Shown here piece after piece: positions 23,129-31,191 of a DNA stretch of 32,000 nucleotides. Each line of letters starts with the position of its first letter. Positions within the stretch are counted from its first letter, which is position 1. Position numbers and translations under genes: made by a program. Below the pieces are notes generated by a model that did not search any database, was not told the DNA's origin, and saw only the letters and a program-made list of their open reading frames with translations. The stretch is from Candidatus Caldarchaeum subterraneum (GTDB lineage: Archaea; Thermoproteota; Nitrososphaeria_A; Caldarchaeales; Caldarchaeaceae), in contig BA000048.1 of the NCBI GenBank assembly GCA_000270325.1, forward strand, positions 457,984 to 489,983. The letters are read 5' to 3'.

Positions 23129-23280
23129 AAATAGAGAGCATAAACAAGGTTCTCTGCATAGGAATCTCAATACTTTCCGATAGCCTCCGCAGACAGGGTG
23201 TAGAGGTTGTTGACGTGGAGTGGCATCCGCCGGTGGAGATAGAAGAGGATTTGAAGAAAATTTTAGACAAGCTGCTCTGA
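23125..23280 (+). CDS. 51-codon ORF resembling the detached C-terminal tail of FdrA / N-terminal tail of YahG-type DUF1116 proteins
   Basis: Not in the ORF track (under 60 aa). Its ATG overlaps the fdrA TGA (ATGA). Translation: MKIESINKVLCIGISILSDSLRRQGVEVVDVEWHPPVEIEEDLKKILDKLL. Its 3' end overlaps the convergent DUF2877 gene by 18 nt. Confidence 0.45.
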   Translation: MKIESINKVLCIGISILSDSLRRQGVEVVDVEWHPPVEIEEDLKKILDKLL

Positions 23281-24069
23281 AAAAATCCTCAGCGTCTCCA
23301 GTAGGCCCGCGAGCGTCGCTAGACCGGTTGAGCCGCCTATTCGGACGGCTTCAAATACGTGCTCTACACAGTCGCCTCCCATGAGGATTTCTCTGCACAG
23401 ATTGTAAATCGGTGAAAAGGTGCAGCCGTGGTGTGCGTGCTCCATCATTTTCCAACTCGGCCACCTCGAAGACTTGCGCGCCTTTTGAAACAGCTCGCTC
23501 GCATCGGCCTTTAGCCCCAGCAGGCGAAGGCCCAGCAATACACCTGAGACAAAATCATCACCGGCGGGCGTCAACCCTGGCCCCCTTCCAACAACATCTA
23601 CAAGGCAGTTTAACACATCTTGAGTGTCAAACACTCGCACACTCCTTAAACATTCCACATAACCATCAAGCTCCGACACCGATGCGATAATCATGTAAAC
23701 GTTGTAGACCTGCCTCAACCGTTCCACATCAGGTTTCCCGTTGAAAGTGATTTTGGGCGAGTCTTCACCGACTTTAACACATATTTTCAAGCCGTCGCCG
23801 ATTTCCAGAAATGGCTCATTATAGAGGACAGAATGCTTTACCGCCAGCCTTTTTCTAACGCTTTCCCACGCCTCTCCAAAAACGATAGAATAAGGGGTAA
23901 ATAGTTTTCTCGAAAGGATGACCACGTCACCAGATGTTGTTTTGATGTATGCCGACCTTTCACCGACGGATTCTATCCAATACTTTTCACCGTCTTTGAA
24001 GATGGTTCCAACCTCGCTGCCCGCCTTAGCCACTACAAACGTCTGCATCACCGTAGAGGTGAATTTCAA
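23263..24069 (-). CDS. DUF2877-like protein (YlbF/YahE, AllH-like)
   Basis: The GRGPGLTPAGDDFVSGVLLG motif and the genomic association with FdrA and DUF1116. The TTG start 24069 is 23 nt from AATAAATAT (minus strand); ATG 24048 is an alternative. Confidence 0.55.
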   Translation of the reverse strand: MKFTSTVMQTFVVAKAGSEVGTIFKDGEKYWIESVGERSAYIKTTSGDVVILSRKLFTPYSIVFGEAWESVRKRLAVKHSVLYNEPFLEIGDGLKICVKVGEDSPKITFNGKPDVERLRQVYNVYMIIASVSELDGYVECLRSVRVFDTQDVLNCLVDVVGRGPGLTPAGDDFVSGVLLGLRLLGLKADASELFQKARKSSRWPSWKMMEHAHHGCTFSPIYNLCREILMGGDCVEHVFEAVRIGGSTGLATLAGLLETLRIFSEQLV

Positions 24070-24092
24070 TCTTTCCTAAAATGCCTTGACAG

Positions 24093-24101
24093 CTTGATTA
24101 A
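24093..24101. promoter_or_regulatory. shared A/T box between divergent genes (24069 minus, 24133 plus)
   Basis: ATATTTATT lies 23 nt from TTG 24069 and 31 nt from ATG 24133. Confidence 0.4.
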
Positions 24102-24132
24102 CATATTTATTGACGAATAATGTAAGTTCAAC

Positions 24133-24873
24133 ATGGTCAAGCCTGTTGTCCCAATATCTTTTGAAGAGTTTAAATTCGGTGTAGACGAGATCGAGGAGTT
24201 CCTCAGAGGAGCGCCACCAGATGAGAGGTTCCAGAAACCATATCCACCTAAAACTTACAAGCTGAAAACAGGCGAGCCCGTCATCATCAGGCCAGCTGAC
24301 AAGAGCGAGGCCCCAGCAATACTATCCACCCTCAAGCGCTTAATCGACCCCGCCTATGATAAGGACTACTACCACCTCGTCGCAGTAAGAACGTATTCAG
24401 AGGTATTGGCATGGGTCCAAAACAGGATAAAAGACACCTATGTTATAGTCGCCACTAACCGCGAAGGCGAGTTGATGGGGCTAGTAAACCACAGGTTCGC
24501 CGACGAAAACATCTGCATTAGCCTTCATACAATCGTCTTCAAACGCGCTGAAAGGCTGGGCATAATGCTCTATGCATCAAAGATTGAGCACGCTTTTGAT
24601 GTGGTGGGCGCGAAGGAGTGGTGGGCGACTTTCGAGAGCCCGTTCGGCTATAGAATGGGTTTCAGGCTTCAGCATGCCATGAAACCGTGGCCAGAGATTC
24701 AGCACGAGCTTGGTGGAGGCAGAGTTTTCTACCTGACAAGAGACCGATGGGAAAAAGTTGTCAAACCCGACCTCATTCAGAGAGGATTGATGGGTGAGAG
24801 ACCAGTTCCGGAGGACCTGCTCGCTAAGAGCAAGCCACTCAAACCCACCGAAAAACTCGAAATAGAATTGTAA
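24133..24873 (+). CDS. hypothetical protein, possibly GNAT-fold acyltransferase
   Basis: 246 aa. ...VIVATNREGELMGLVNHRF...SLHTIVFKRAERLGIMLYASKIEHAF resembles GNAT beta4-alpha3 (motif A). This is a weak call. Confidence 0.3.
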   Translation: MVKPVVPISFEEFKFGVDEIEEFLRGAPPDERFQKPYPPKTYKLKTGEPVIIRPADKSEAPAILSTLKRLIDPAYDKDYYHLVAVRTYSEVLAWVQNRIKDTYVIVATNREGELMGLVNHRFADENICISLHTIVFKRAERLGIMLYASKIEHAFDVVGAKEWWATFESPFGYRMGFRLQHAMKPWPEIQHELGGGRVFYLTRDRWEKVVKPDLIQRGLMGERPVPEDLLAKSKPLKPTEKLEIEL

Positions 24874-24892
24874 AATTTTTTCACACATTAAT

Positions 24893-24900
24893 TTTTAAAT
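24893..24900 (+). promoter_or_regulatory. TATA box of the first Mo-hydroxylase gene
   Basis: TTTTTAAA lies 22 nt upstream of ATG 24923. Confidence 0.4.
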
Positions 24901-24922
24901 TAAAGCCCATCCCTATCGCCAT

Positions 24923-27241
24923 ATGACACTAATAGGTAAGCCCATTCCCCGTCTGGAGGACAGGCGACTCGTAACCGGCCGAGGGCTATTTGTTGACGAT
25001 ATAATTCTCCCCAACATATTGCACGCAGCTGTCCTTCGCAGTCCCTATGCACACGCGCGTATCACTAAAATCGATAAGACCAGAGCTCTAGCATTGAAAG
25101 GTGTTGTGGCTGTCTATACGGCGGATGACCTTGGGCAGTTGAATGGCCCCCTGCCCCCCTCCGTTTCTCCTCTTCCACAGTATCCTATTCCTTACATGAG
25201 GACACACTATGCATTGGCGAAGGAGAAGGTTAGATACGTTGGTGAACCTGTCGCGTTCATAGTCGCTGAAAACAAGTATGTCGCGAAAGACGCTGCGGAG
25301 ATGGTAGAAGTTGAATACGAGCCTCTTCCCGCCGTGGTTGACGTTGAGAAAGCCATTCAACAGGGGTCCCCCCTCGTTCATGAAGACGTCCCCAACAATA
25401 TTGCTGCACATCATATCATCCGCGTTGGGGACTCAACTCTAGCAGGGAACGCTGACTTAGTGATACGGGAAAAGTTTGTTTTCAATCGTGGGGCTGGGGC
25501 GTCTATAGAGACGCGGGGAGTTGTGGCCCATTATGATGCGAAGACGGGGCAGCTTACTGTTTGGGATTCTACACAGGCTCCGATACCTATCAGAAACACC
25601 TTGTCAAAACTTTTCAATATTCCTCTTCACCTAGTCCGCGTAATAGCGCCCGACATAGGCGGAGGATTTGGGCCGAAAATCATGCTCTTCTACCCGGAGG
25701 AGATACTGACAACATTTGCAGCAATTAAACTGGGAAGGCCTGTGAAGTGGATAGAGGAACGGAGAGAGTATATGGTTGCAACGAATCAGCAGAGAATTCA
25801 GGTGCACTATGTTGAGGCCGCTTTCGGTAGAGACGGTCGGCTACTCAGTTTCAGAGACAGGTTCCTCGTCGACACGGGAGCATACACCCCATACGGTATC
25901 ATGGTCCCGATAATAACGTCTGGGACGATGCCGGGGCCGTACAAGATTCCGGCGATGGAGATAGAGTTCATGTCGGTTTACACGAACAAGACTGTTGTAA
26001 GCCCTGTGCGGGGAGCTGGAAGACCCGACGCCGTGTATGTAATGGAGCGTGTGATGGATATAGCTGCTCAGAAATTGGGCCTTGACAGAGTTGAGGTTAG
26101 GCGGAGAAATCTCATCAAAAGCAATGAGTTTCCATACGATACAGGAATAATTTACCAAGACGGCGGCCCCGTCAAATACGACAGCGGAAACTACGAGAGC
26201 CTCCTCAACCTGCTCCTTGAAAAAATCCATTACAAATCTTGGCCAGAGAGGAAACAGAGATACAGAGCTCAGGGAAGATATGTCGGGTTGGGGCTGGCCC
26301 TGTACGTAGAAGGCGCCGGTGTCGGGCCTTATGAAATGGCTAAGGTAACCGTAACACCCTCAGGGAGAATAGTTGTGGCCACAGGAGTGGGTTCGCAGGG
26401 CCAAGGACACTTCACAGTTCTCGCCCAAATCGCTGCCGATGTTCTCGGGGCCTCCGTCGACGATGTTGACGTAGTTGTGGGAGACACGGCGCATATGCCG
26501 TGGGGGGTTGGAACATTCGCCAGCAGATCAGCGACAATCGCGGGTAACGCTGTCCACCTCGCCGCCATGGATGTTAGGAAGAAAGCGGCCGAGGTTGCGG
26601 CCAAACTTTTCGAAGCCAACCCCGAGGACATAGAATTCCAAGGAGGCAGGGTCTTCGTCCGAGGCCATCCAGACAAGAGCTATACACTCGGAGAACTAGC
26701 AGTCTACGCACATCCGATAAGAGGCTTGATAAAAAGGGAGCCGGGACTCGAGGCAACACGGTTTTTCAGCCCGGAGCAGTCGGTTTTCGCCTCAGGCGGC
26801 CACGCAGCAGAAGTCGAGATAGACCCGGAAACAGGTAAGCTCCACATTCTCAGGTACGTGATAGTGCATGACTGCGGGCCAATGATTAACCCGCTTATCG
26901 TCGAGGGCCAGATACACGGTGGGCTCTCGAACGGACTGGGAGGAGCGGTTTATGAGGAAATTGTCCACGACGAATCAGGTCAACCTCTTGCAACAACCTT
27001 CTCTGACTACCTTATACCGTCAGCAACGGAGATGCCTGAAAAAATCGAAATATACCATCTTGAGACGCCTTCGCCGCTGAACCCGCTCGGGGTAAAAGGT
27101 GTGGGTGAAGCAGGCGTTATTCCCGTGGCCGCGGTCATCGCCTCAGCAGTTCAAGACGCTTTCGACGGCAAAGTAATACCTACGCAAAGTCCGCTGAAAC
27201 CAAACACTTTGAAAGAGCTGCTTAAGGTGACCGGGCAATAA
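24923..27241 (+). CDS. molybdopterin-binding large subunit, xanthine dehydrogenase/CO-dehydrogenase family (form-II CoxL-like)
   Basis: 772 aa. The N-terminus IGKPIPRLEDRRLVTGRGLFVDD is CoxL-like. The active-site loop is SPVRGAGRPD (cf. AYRGAGR of form-II CoxL). The catalytic-Glu region is GVKGVGEAG. Confidence 0.8.
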   Translation: MTLIGKPIPRLEDRRLVTGRGLFVDDIILPNILHAAVLRSPYAHARITKIDKTRALALKGVVAVYTADDLGQLNGPLPPSVSPLPQYPIPYMRTHYALAKEKVRYVGEPVAFIVAENKYVAKDAAEMVEVEYEPLPAVVDVEKAIQQGSPLVHEDVPNNIAAHHIIRVGDSTLAGNADLVIREKFVFNRGAGASIETRGVVAHYDAKTGQLTVWDSTQAPIPIRNTLSKLFNIPLHLVRVIAPDIGGGFGPKIMLFYPEEILTTFAAIKLGRPVKWIEERREYMVATNQQRIQVHYVEAAFGRDGRLLSFRDRFLVDTGAYTPYGIMVPIITSGTMPGPYKIPAMEIEFMSVYTNKTVVSPVRGAGRPDAVYVMERVMDIAAQKLGLDRVEVRRRNLIKSNEFPYDTGIIYQDGGPVKYDSGNYESLLNLLLEKIHYKSWPERKQRYRAQGRYVGLGLALYVEGAGVGPYEMAKVTVTPSGRIVVATGVGSQGQGHFTVLAQIAADVLGASVDDVDVVVGDTAHMPWGVGTFASRSATIAGNAVHLAAMDVRKKAAEVAAKLFEANPEDIEFQGGRVFVRGHPDKSYTLGELAVYAHPIRGLIKREPGLEATRFFSPEQSVFASGGHAAEVEIDPETGKLHILRYVIVHDCGPMINPLIVEGQIHGGLSNGLGGAVYEEIVHDESGQPLATTFSDYLIPSATEMPEKIEIYHLETPSPLNPLGVKGVGEAGVIPVAAVIASAVQDAFDGKVIPTQSPLKPNTLKELLKVTGQ

Positions 27242-27251
27242 TTTACTCAAC

Positions 27252-27270
27252 AAAAAAGAGGATGGTTTTT
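27252..27270. terminator. oligo-T tracts on both strands between convergent genes
   Basis: T5 on the plus strand (27266-27270) after the Mo-hydroxylase gene. T6 on the minus strand (27252-27257) after the carboxyltransferase gene. Confidence 0.35.
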
Positions 27271-27290
27271 ACTCGGAAGACGGAAAATTT

Positions 27291-28694
27291 TTAGCTTCTG
27301 TTGAGAGAGCTGTTTTTCACATACCCGTCGTAGAGGGAGTGAAGGACTGATGAAACTGTTTTCTTGACTTCTTCCCTCTTGACGATAACATCCGCCACAC
27401 CTATCGATAATAGCGCGTCTCCCCTGGATTTTGTTCGCAAGGCTTCAACATACTGTGCGAAAGCCGCTGCCTTCTGGTCATCTGGAAGTTTTTCAAGCTC
27501 TTTGCGGAACAAAATCTCAGCCGAGACCTCGAGCGGCTGGACAGCCACCTCAGCGTCAGGCAAAGCCAAAACATAGTCAGCTCCAATACCTTTACTGCAC
27601 ATGGCTATGTATGCTCCGCCATAGGCTTTGCCGGCTATCAGCGTCACCTTCGGTACCGTGGCGTTGAGATATGAGCGATATACCCATGTGCCTTCTCTGA
27701 TTATGCCGCCGTGCTCAGCGGCTACTCCTGGCTCAAACCCCGGTGTGTCGACTATCGTGAGAACAGGGATGTTGAAGCTGTTGCAAAAGTCAACAAATCG
27801 GGAAAGCTTCACACATGCTTTACCGTCGATGTATCCCTTGAAGACGTTTGGCTCGTTGGCCACAACTCCGACAACCAGTCCGTCAACACGGCCTAGACCA
27901 GTTATGAGGTTTCGTGCATAATCGGCTTTGAACTCGAGGAAGGTTCCTGGATCAATAATTTCTGCTATGAGTCTCCGTGTTTCTGTGCTTTCTAAATCCT
28001 GTTTTATGGTTGATTCTGTTGCGATTGATGTAGGCGGGGTGGCGAGATAGTTTGACGGCAGATACGATAGCAATTTCTTTACAAGAGAAATTGCCTGCGC
28101 CTCATCCTCCGTGACAAAGTCTATTAAACCCGAGGAAGCGGCCAATGTTTTGACGGAGCCTAGCTCCATTATCGAAACATCCTGACCAGTCGCATGCTTC
28201 ACCGCCCGTGGTCCATGTAGAAACATGTAGCCAGTCTTAGCCACACCAATCACCACGTCTCCAACAGCTGCGGTAAACGCTGCTCCTCCGACGCCTCCCG
28301 CGATTATCACATTGATCTGGGGAATTTTTCCATGCGCTTTGTTAGCTGTTTTTATCAGCTCGCCTACCGCTATCAAGGACCTGGCGCCTTCCTGGATACG
28401 TGCACCTGACGAGTCCGCTAGCCCGATTATTGGGTAACCAAATCTGGCTGCCAGTTCGTAGAGCTTGGCGATTTTCCTCACACCAACCTCTCCGAGGGAA
28501 CCTCCTGCGAAAGCTGGGTCATGCGCGAAAACAGCTACATTTCTTCCCCCTATTTTACCGAAGCCCGCCACCACACCGTCACCAGGCCTATGCGGCATGT
28601 CTGCACCATGCTGCTCAACACCAGAGAGAATCGGCCGAAAACTGCCGGCATCCAAAAGGGAGTTTATTCGATCAAAAACAGAACCTGAAGACAT
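27291..28694 (-). CDS. acyl-CoA carboxylase carboxyltransferase subunit (PccB / methylmalonyl-CoA decarboxylase alpha family)
   Basis: GDGVVAGFGKIGGRNVAVFAHDPAFAGGSLGE, GLADSSGARIQEG, and a second CT domain VGVVANEP...AYGGAYIAM. TATAAATAAA (28719-28728) read on the minus strand is 24 nt upstream of the ATG. The N-terminus is shorter than in typical PccB. Confidence 0.8.
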   Translation of the reverse strand: MSSGSVFDRINSLLDAGSFRPILSGVEQHGADMPHRPGDGVVAGFGKIGGRNVAVFAHDPAFAGGSLGEVGVRKIAKLYELAARFGYPIIGLADSSGARIQEGARSLIAVGELIKTANKAHGKIPQINVIIAGGVGGAAFTAAVGDVVIGVAKTGYMFLHGPRAVKHATGQDVSIMELGSVKTLAASSGLIDFVTEDEAQAISLVKKLLSYLPSNYLATPPTSIATESTIKQDLESTETRRLIAEIIDPGTFLEFKADYARNLITGLGRVDGLVVGVVANEPNVFKGYIDGKACVKLSRFVDFCNSFNIPVLTIVDTPGFEPGVAAEHGGIIREGTWVYRSYLNATVPKVTLIAGKAYGGAYIAMCSKGIGADYVLALPDAEVAVQPLEVSAEILFRKELEKLPDDQKAAAFAQYVEALRTKSRGDALLSIGVADVIVKREEVKKTVSSVLHSLYDGYVKNSSLNRS

Positions 28695-28718
28695 CTACAG
28701 CTTAGTCATATCACCAGC

Positions 28719-28728
28719 TATAAATAAA
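28719..28728 (-). promoter_or_regulatory. TATA box of the carboxyltransferase gene
   Basis: Reads TTTATTTATA on the minus strand, 24 nt upstream of ATG 28694. Confidence 0.45.
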
Positions 28729-28825
28729 CCTATTCAGCTGGGGCGTTTCTTTTCTGCCGGTCTTAAATGATTTTAATTTTTCTCATACCGTCTAATTAAT
28801 AAGGCACGTATGTAATTATTATATT

Positions 28826-31189
28826 GTGATCAGCCAATTTGGAGGGTTCAAGTACGTTGGTAAACCTCTTCCCCGTGTCGACTCCTACCCGAAAGTCACT
28901 GGTGTAGCGGAGTATGCAGGTGATATAGAGCTGCCTGGGATGCTTTATGCAAAGCTTCTGCTTAGCCCTTATCCCCATGCGAAAATAGTCTCAATAAACG
29001 TTGAGAAAGCTAAGAGATGTCCGGGGGTTGTTGGAGTGGCTGTTGGCGAGGATTTTCCATTTAGGGTGGGACTCTATGTTAATGACCGTTACATTCTCGC
29101 ATACAAGAAAGTTAGGTGGGCAGGTGAACCTGTAGCGGCTGTAGTGGCTGAGAGTTTGGAGCAAGCGGAGGAGGCTGTTGAACTAATTGATGTAAACTAT
29201 GAACCCTTGCCGGCTGTTCTCGATGTCAGGGAAGCTCTGAAGCCCGGTGCTCCCCTAGTCCACGAAGAACTCGGCGAATACGCTCATTCTCCAGCGTTTA
29301 GACCCATCCCAGGAACAAACATAGCCAACAAATTCACCTTAAGAAAAGGCGATGTCGAGAAAGGTTTTCGCGAAAGCGACGTTATAATTGAGAACGAGTT
29401 TTCCATGCCTCAGGTTTCTCACACACAGCTAGAGACGCATGTGACTATCGGCCAATATCTTCCAGACGGCAACGTGAAGATCTGGACCTCGGCGCAGTCA
29501 CCTTTCACTGTTAGACACATCCTAAGCGTTTCGCTCGGTATACCGGAGCATAAGATATCCGTGTACGTGCCCTACGTGGGCGGAGCGTTTGGTGGAAAGG
29601 CTGGAATCAACTTCGAGCCACTGGTCGTTATGCTTTCCAAGATTGTCGGCGGAAAGCCGGTAAAACTGGAGCTGACACGTGAAGAACAATTCACAACCGC
29701 GCCAGTGAGACAGGGCATGTACGCCAAGGTGAAAACAGGTGTTAAACGTAGCGGGGAAATCATGGCTGAGAAGCTGTTTTACGTGTACGACGCAGGCGCT
29801 TATGCGGATTATGGTGTGAACATAGGTAGAGCGGCTGGCTATTCATGCACAGGCCCCTATTACGTGCCCAACGTTGAAGCCGACTCGTTGACAGTCTACA
29901 CTAATCATCCATGGGGCACGGCCTTCAGAGGATTCGGCCACTTCGAGTTTCTCTGGGCCATCGAACGTCAGATGGATATTGTTGCCAACGAGCTTGGGAT
30001 AGACCCTGTCGAGTTTAGGCTGAAAAACGCTCTTCTACCAGGCCTGACCACACCAACTGGAGAGGTACTTCGACAGGATGCGGGACGAATAGATGAATGC
30101 ATTAAAGCCGTCGCTTCCGCCATAGGATGGGGCAAAAAATCCGAGAATATCACCGGAAAACCACGTGGCAAAGGGATAGCCGCCTTGTGGAAAGCACCAG
30201 CTATGCCGCCCAACGCCTCATCATCAGCCATCATAAAATTCAACGAAGATGGAACAGCTGAGCTATTGCTTGGCATAACCGAAATAGGTCAGGGAAGCGA
30301 AACGGCTCTCGCACAAATAGCGGCTGAGGAACTGGGCATTCCACTAGAGAAAATAAAGGTCGTCCCCTTCCGTCACACAGATGTCTCACCCTATTCTTGG
30401 CAGACCGTCGCGAGCAGGGGGCTGTTCATGGACGGTAAGGCTGTCCAAATGGCTGCAAGAGACGCCAAAAACCAAATACTGGAGATCGCGGCACAGGTTT
30501 TACGTGTCCAGAAAGATGACCTCGTTCTTGAGAATGAGAGAGTGTTTGTCAAAGGGAGACCTGAGGTTGGGTTGGAGCTGCGGCAGATAGTCAACGGCTA
30601 TACCTACCCAAACGGAAACGTTGTCGGGGGTCCCGTTATAGGCAGAGGATTTTACTCAGCATCCCGGCTAACATATCTTGACCCCGAAACTGGGCAGGGT
30701 CTCCCAGCGTTGAAGTGGACCTTTGGAGCACATGCGGTAGAAGTCGAGGTCGACCCTGACACTGGAATGGTCAAGGTTCTCAAGCTCGTATCGGCTTTTG
30801 ACATCGGCAAAGCCATCAACCCGCTTACGGTTAAGAGTCAGATATATGGAGGAGCCGTCCAGTCAATGAGCCTCGGGTTATACGAAGGCTACGTATATGA
30901 CGAAAACGGCCGCCTGCTCAACTATAACCTGACCGATTATAAGATTGCGCGGGCCCGCGACATACCTGTAGAGCATGAAGCCATTATTATCGAGAACCCG
31001 CAGCTCGATGGGCCGTTCGGAGCTCGGGGGATAGGTGAGCTCTCTATGCTTTCGGTTGAGGCGGCTATCGCAAACGCTCTCTACGATGCTGTGGGAATTG
31101 TTTTGAAAGATCTACCGATAAATGCCGAGAGAATATGGAGGGCGATAGAGGCGAAGAAACAGAAACGGGTTGTGGAGGTGATTAGCTGA
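28826..31189 (+). CDS. molybdopterin-binding large subunit, xanthine dehydrogenase / aldehyde oxidoreductase type
   Basis: 787 aa, GTG start about 21 nt after TAATTAATAAGG. It has the TAFRGFG motif typical of XDH/AOR enzymes and the catalytic-Glu region FGARGIGELS. Confidence 0.8.
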   Translation: MISQFGGFKYVGKPLPRVDSYPKVTGVAEYAGDIELPGMLYAKLLLSPYPHAKIVSINVEKAKRCPGVVGVAVGEDFPFRVGLYVNDRYILAYKKVRWAGEPVAAVVAESLEQAEEAVELIDVNYEPLPAVLDVREALKPGAPLVHEELGEYAHSPAFRPIPGTNIANKFTLRKGDVEKGFRESDVIIENEFSMPQVSHTQLETHVTIGQYLPDGNVKIWTSAQSPFTVRHILSVSLGIPEHKISVYVPYVGGAFGGKAGINFEPLVVMLSKIVGGKPVKLELTREEQFTTAPVRQGMYAKVKTGVKRSGEIMAEKLFYVYDAGAYADYGVNIGRAAGYSCTGPYYVPNVEADSLTVYTNHPWGTAFRGFGHFEFLWAIERQMDIVANELGIDPVEFRLKNALLPGLTTPTGEVLRQDAGRIDECIKAVASAIGWGKKSENITGKPRGKGIAALWKAPAMPPNASSSAIIKFNEDGTAELLLGITEIGQGSETALAQIAAEELGIPLEKIKVVPFRHTDVSPYSWQTVASRGLFMDGKAVQMAARDAKNQILEIAAQVLRVQKDDLVLENERVFVKGRPEVGLELRQIVNGYTYPNGNVVGGPVIGRGFYSASRLTYLDPETGQGLPALKWTFGAHAVEVEVDPDTGMVKVLKLVSAFDIGKAINPLTVKSQIYGGAVQSMSLGLYEGYVYDENGRLLNYNLTDYKIARARDIPVEHEAIIIENPQLDGPFGARGIGELSMLSVEAAIANALYDAVGIVLKDLPINAERIWRAIEAKKQKRVVEVIS

Positions 31190-31191
31190 GC

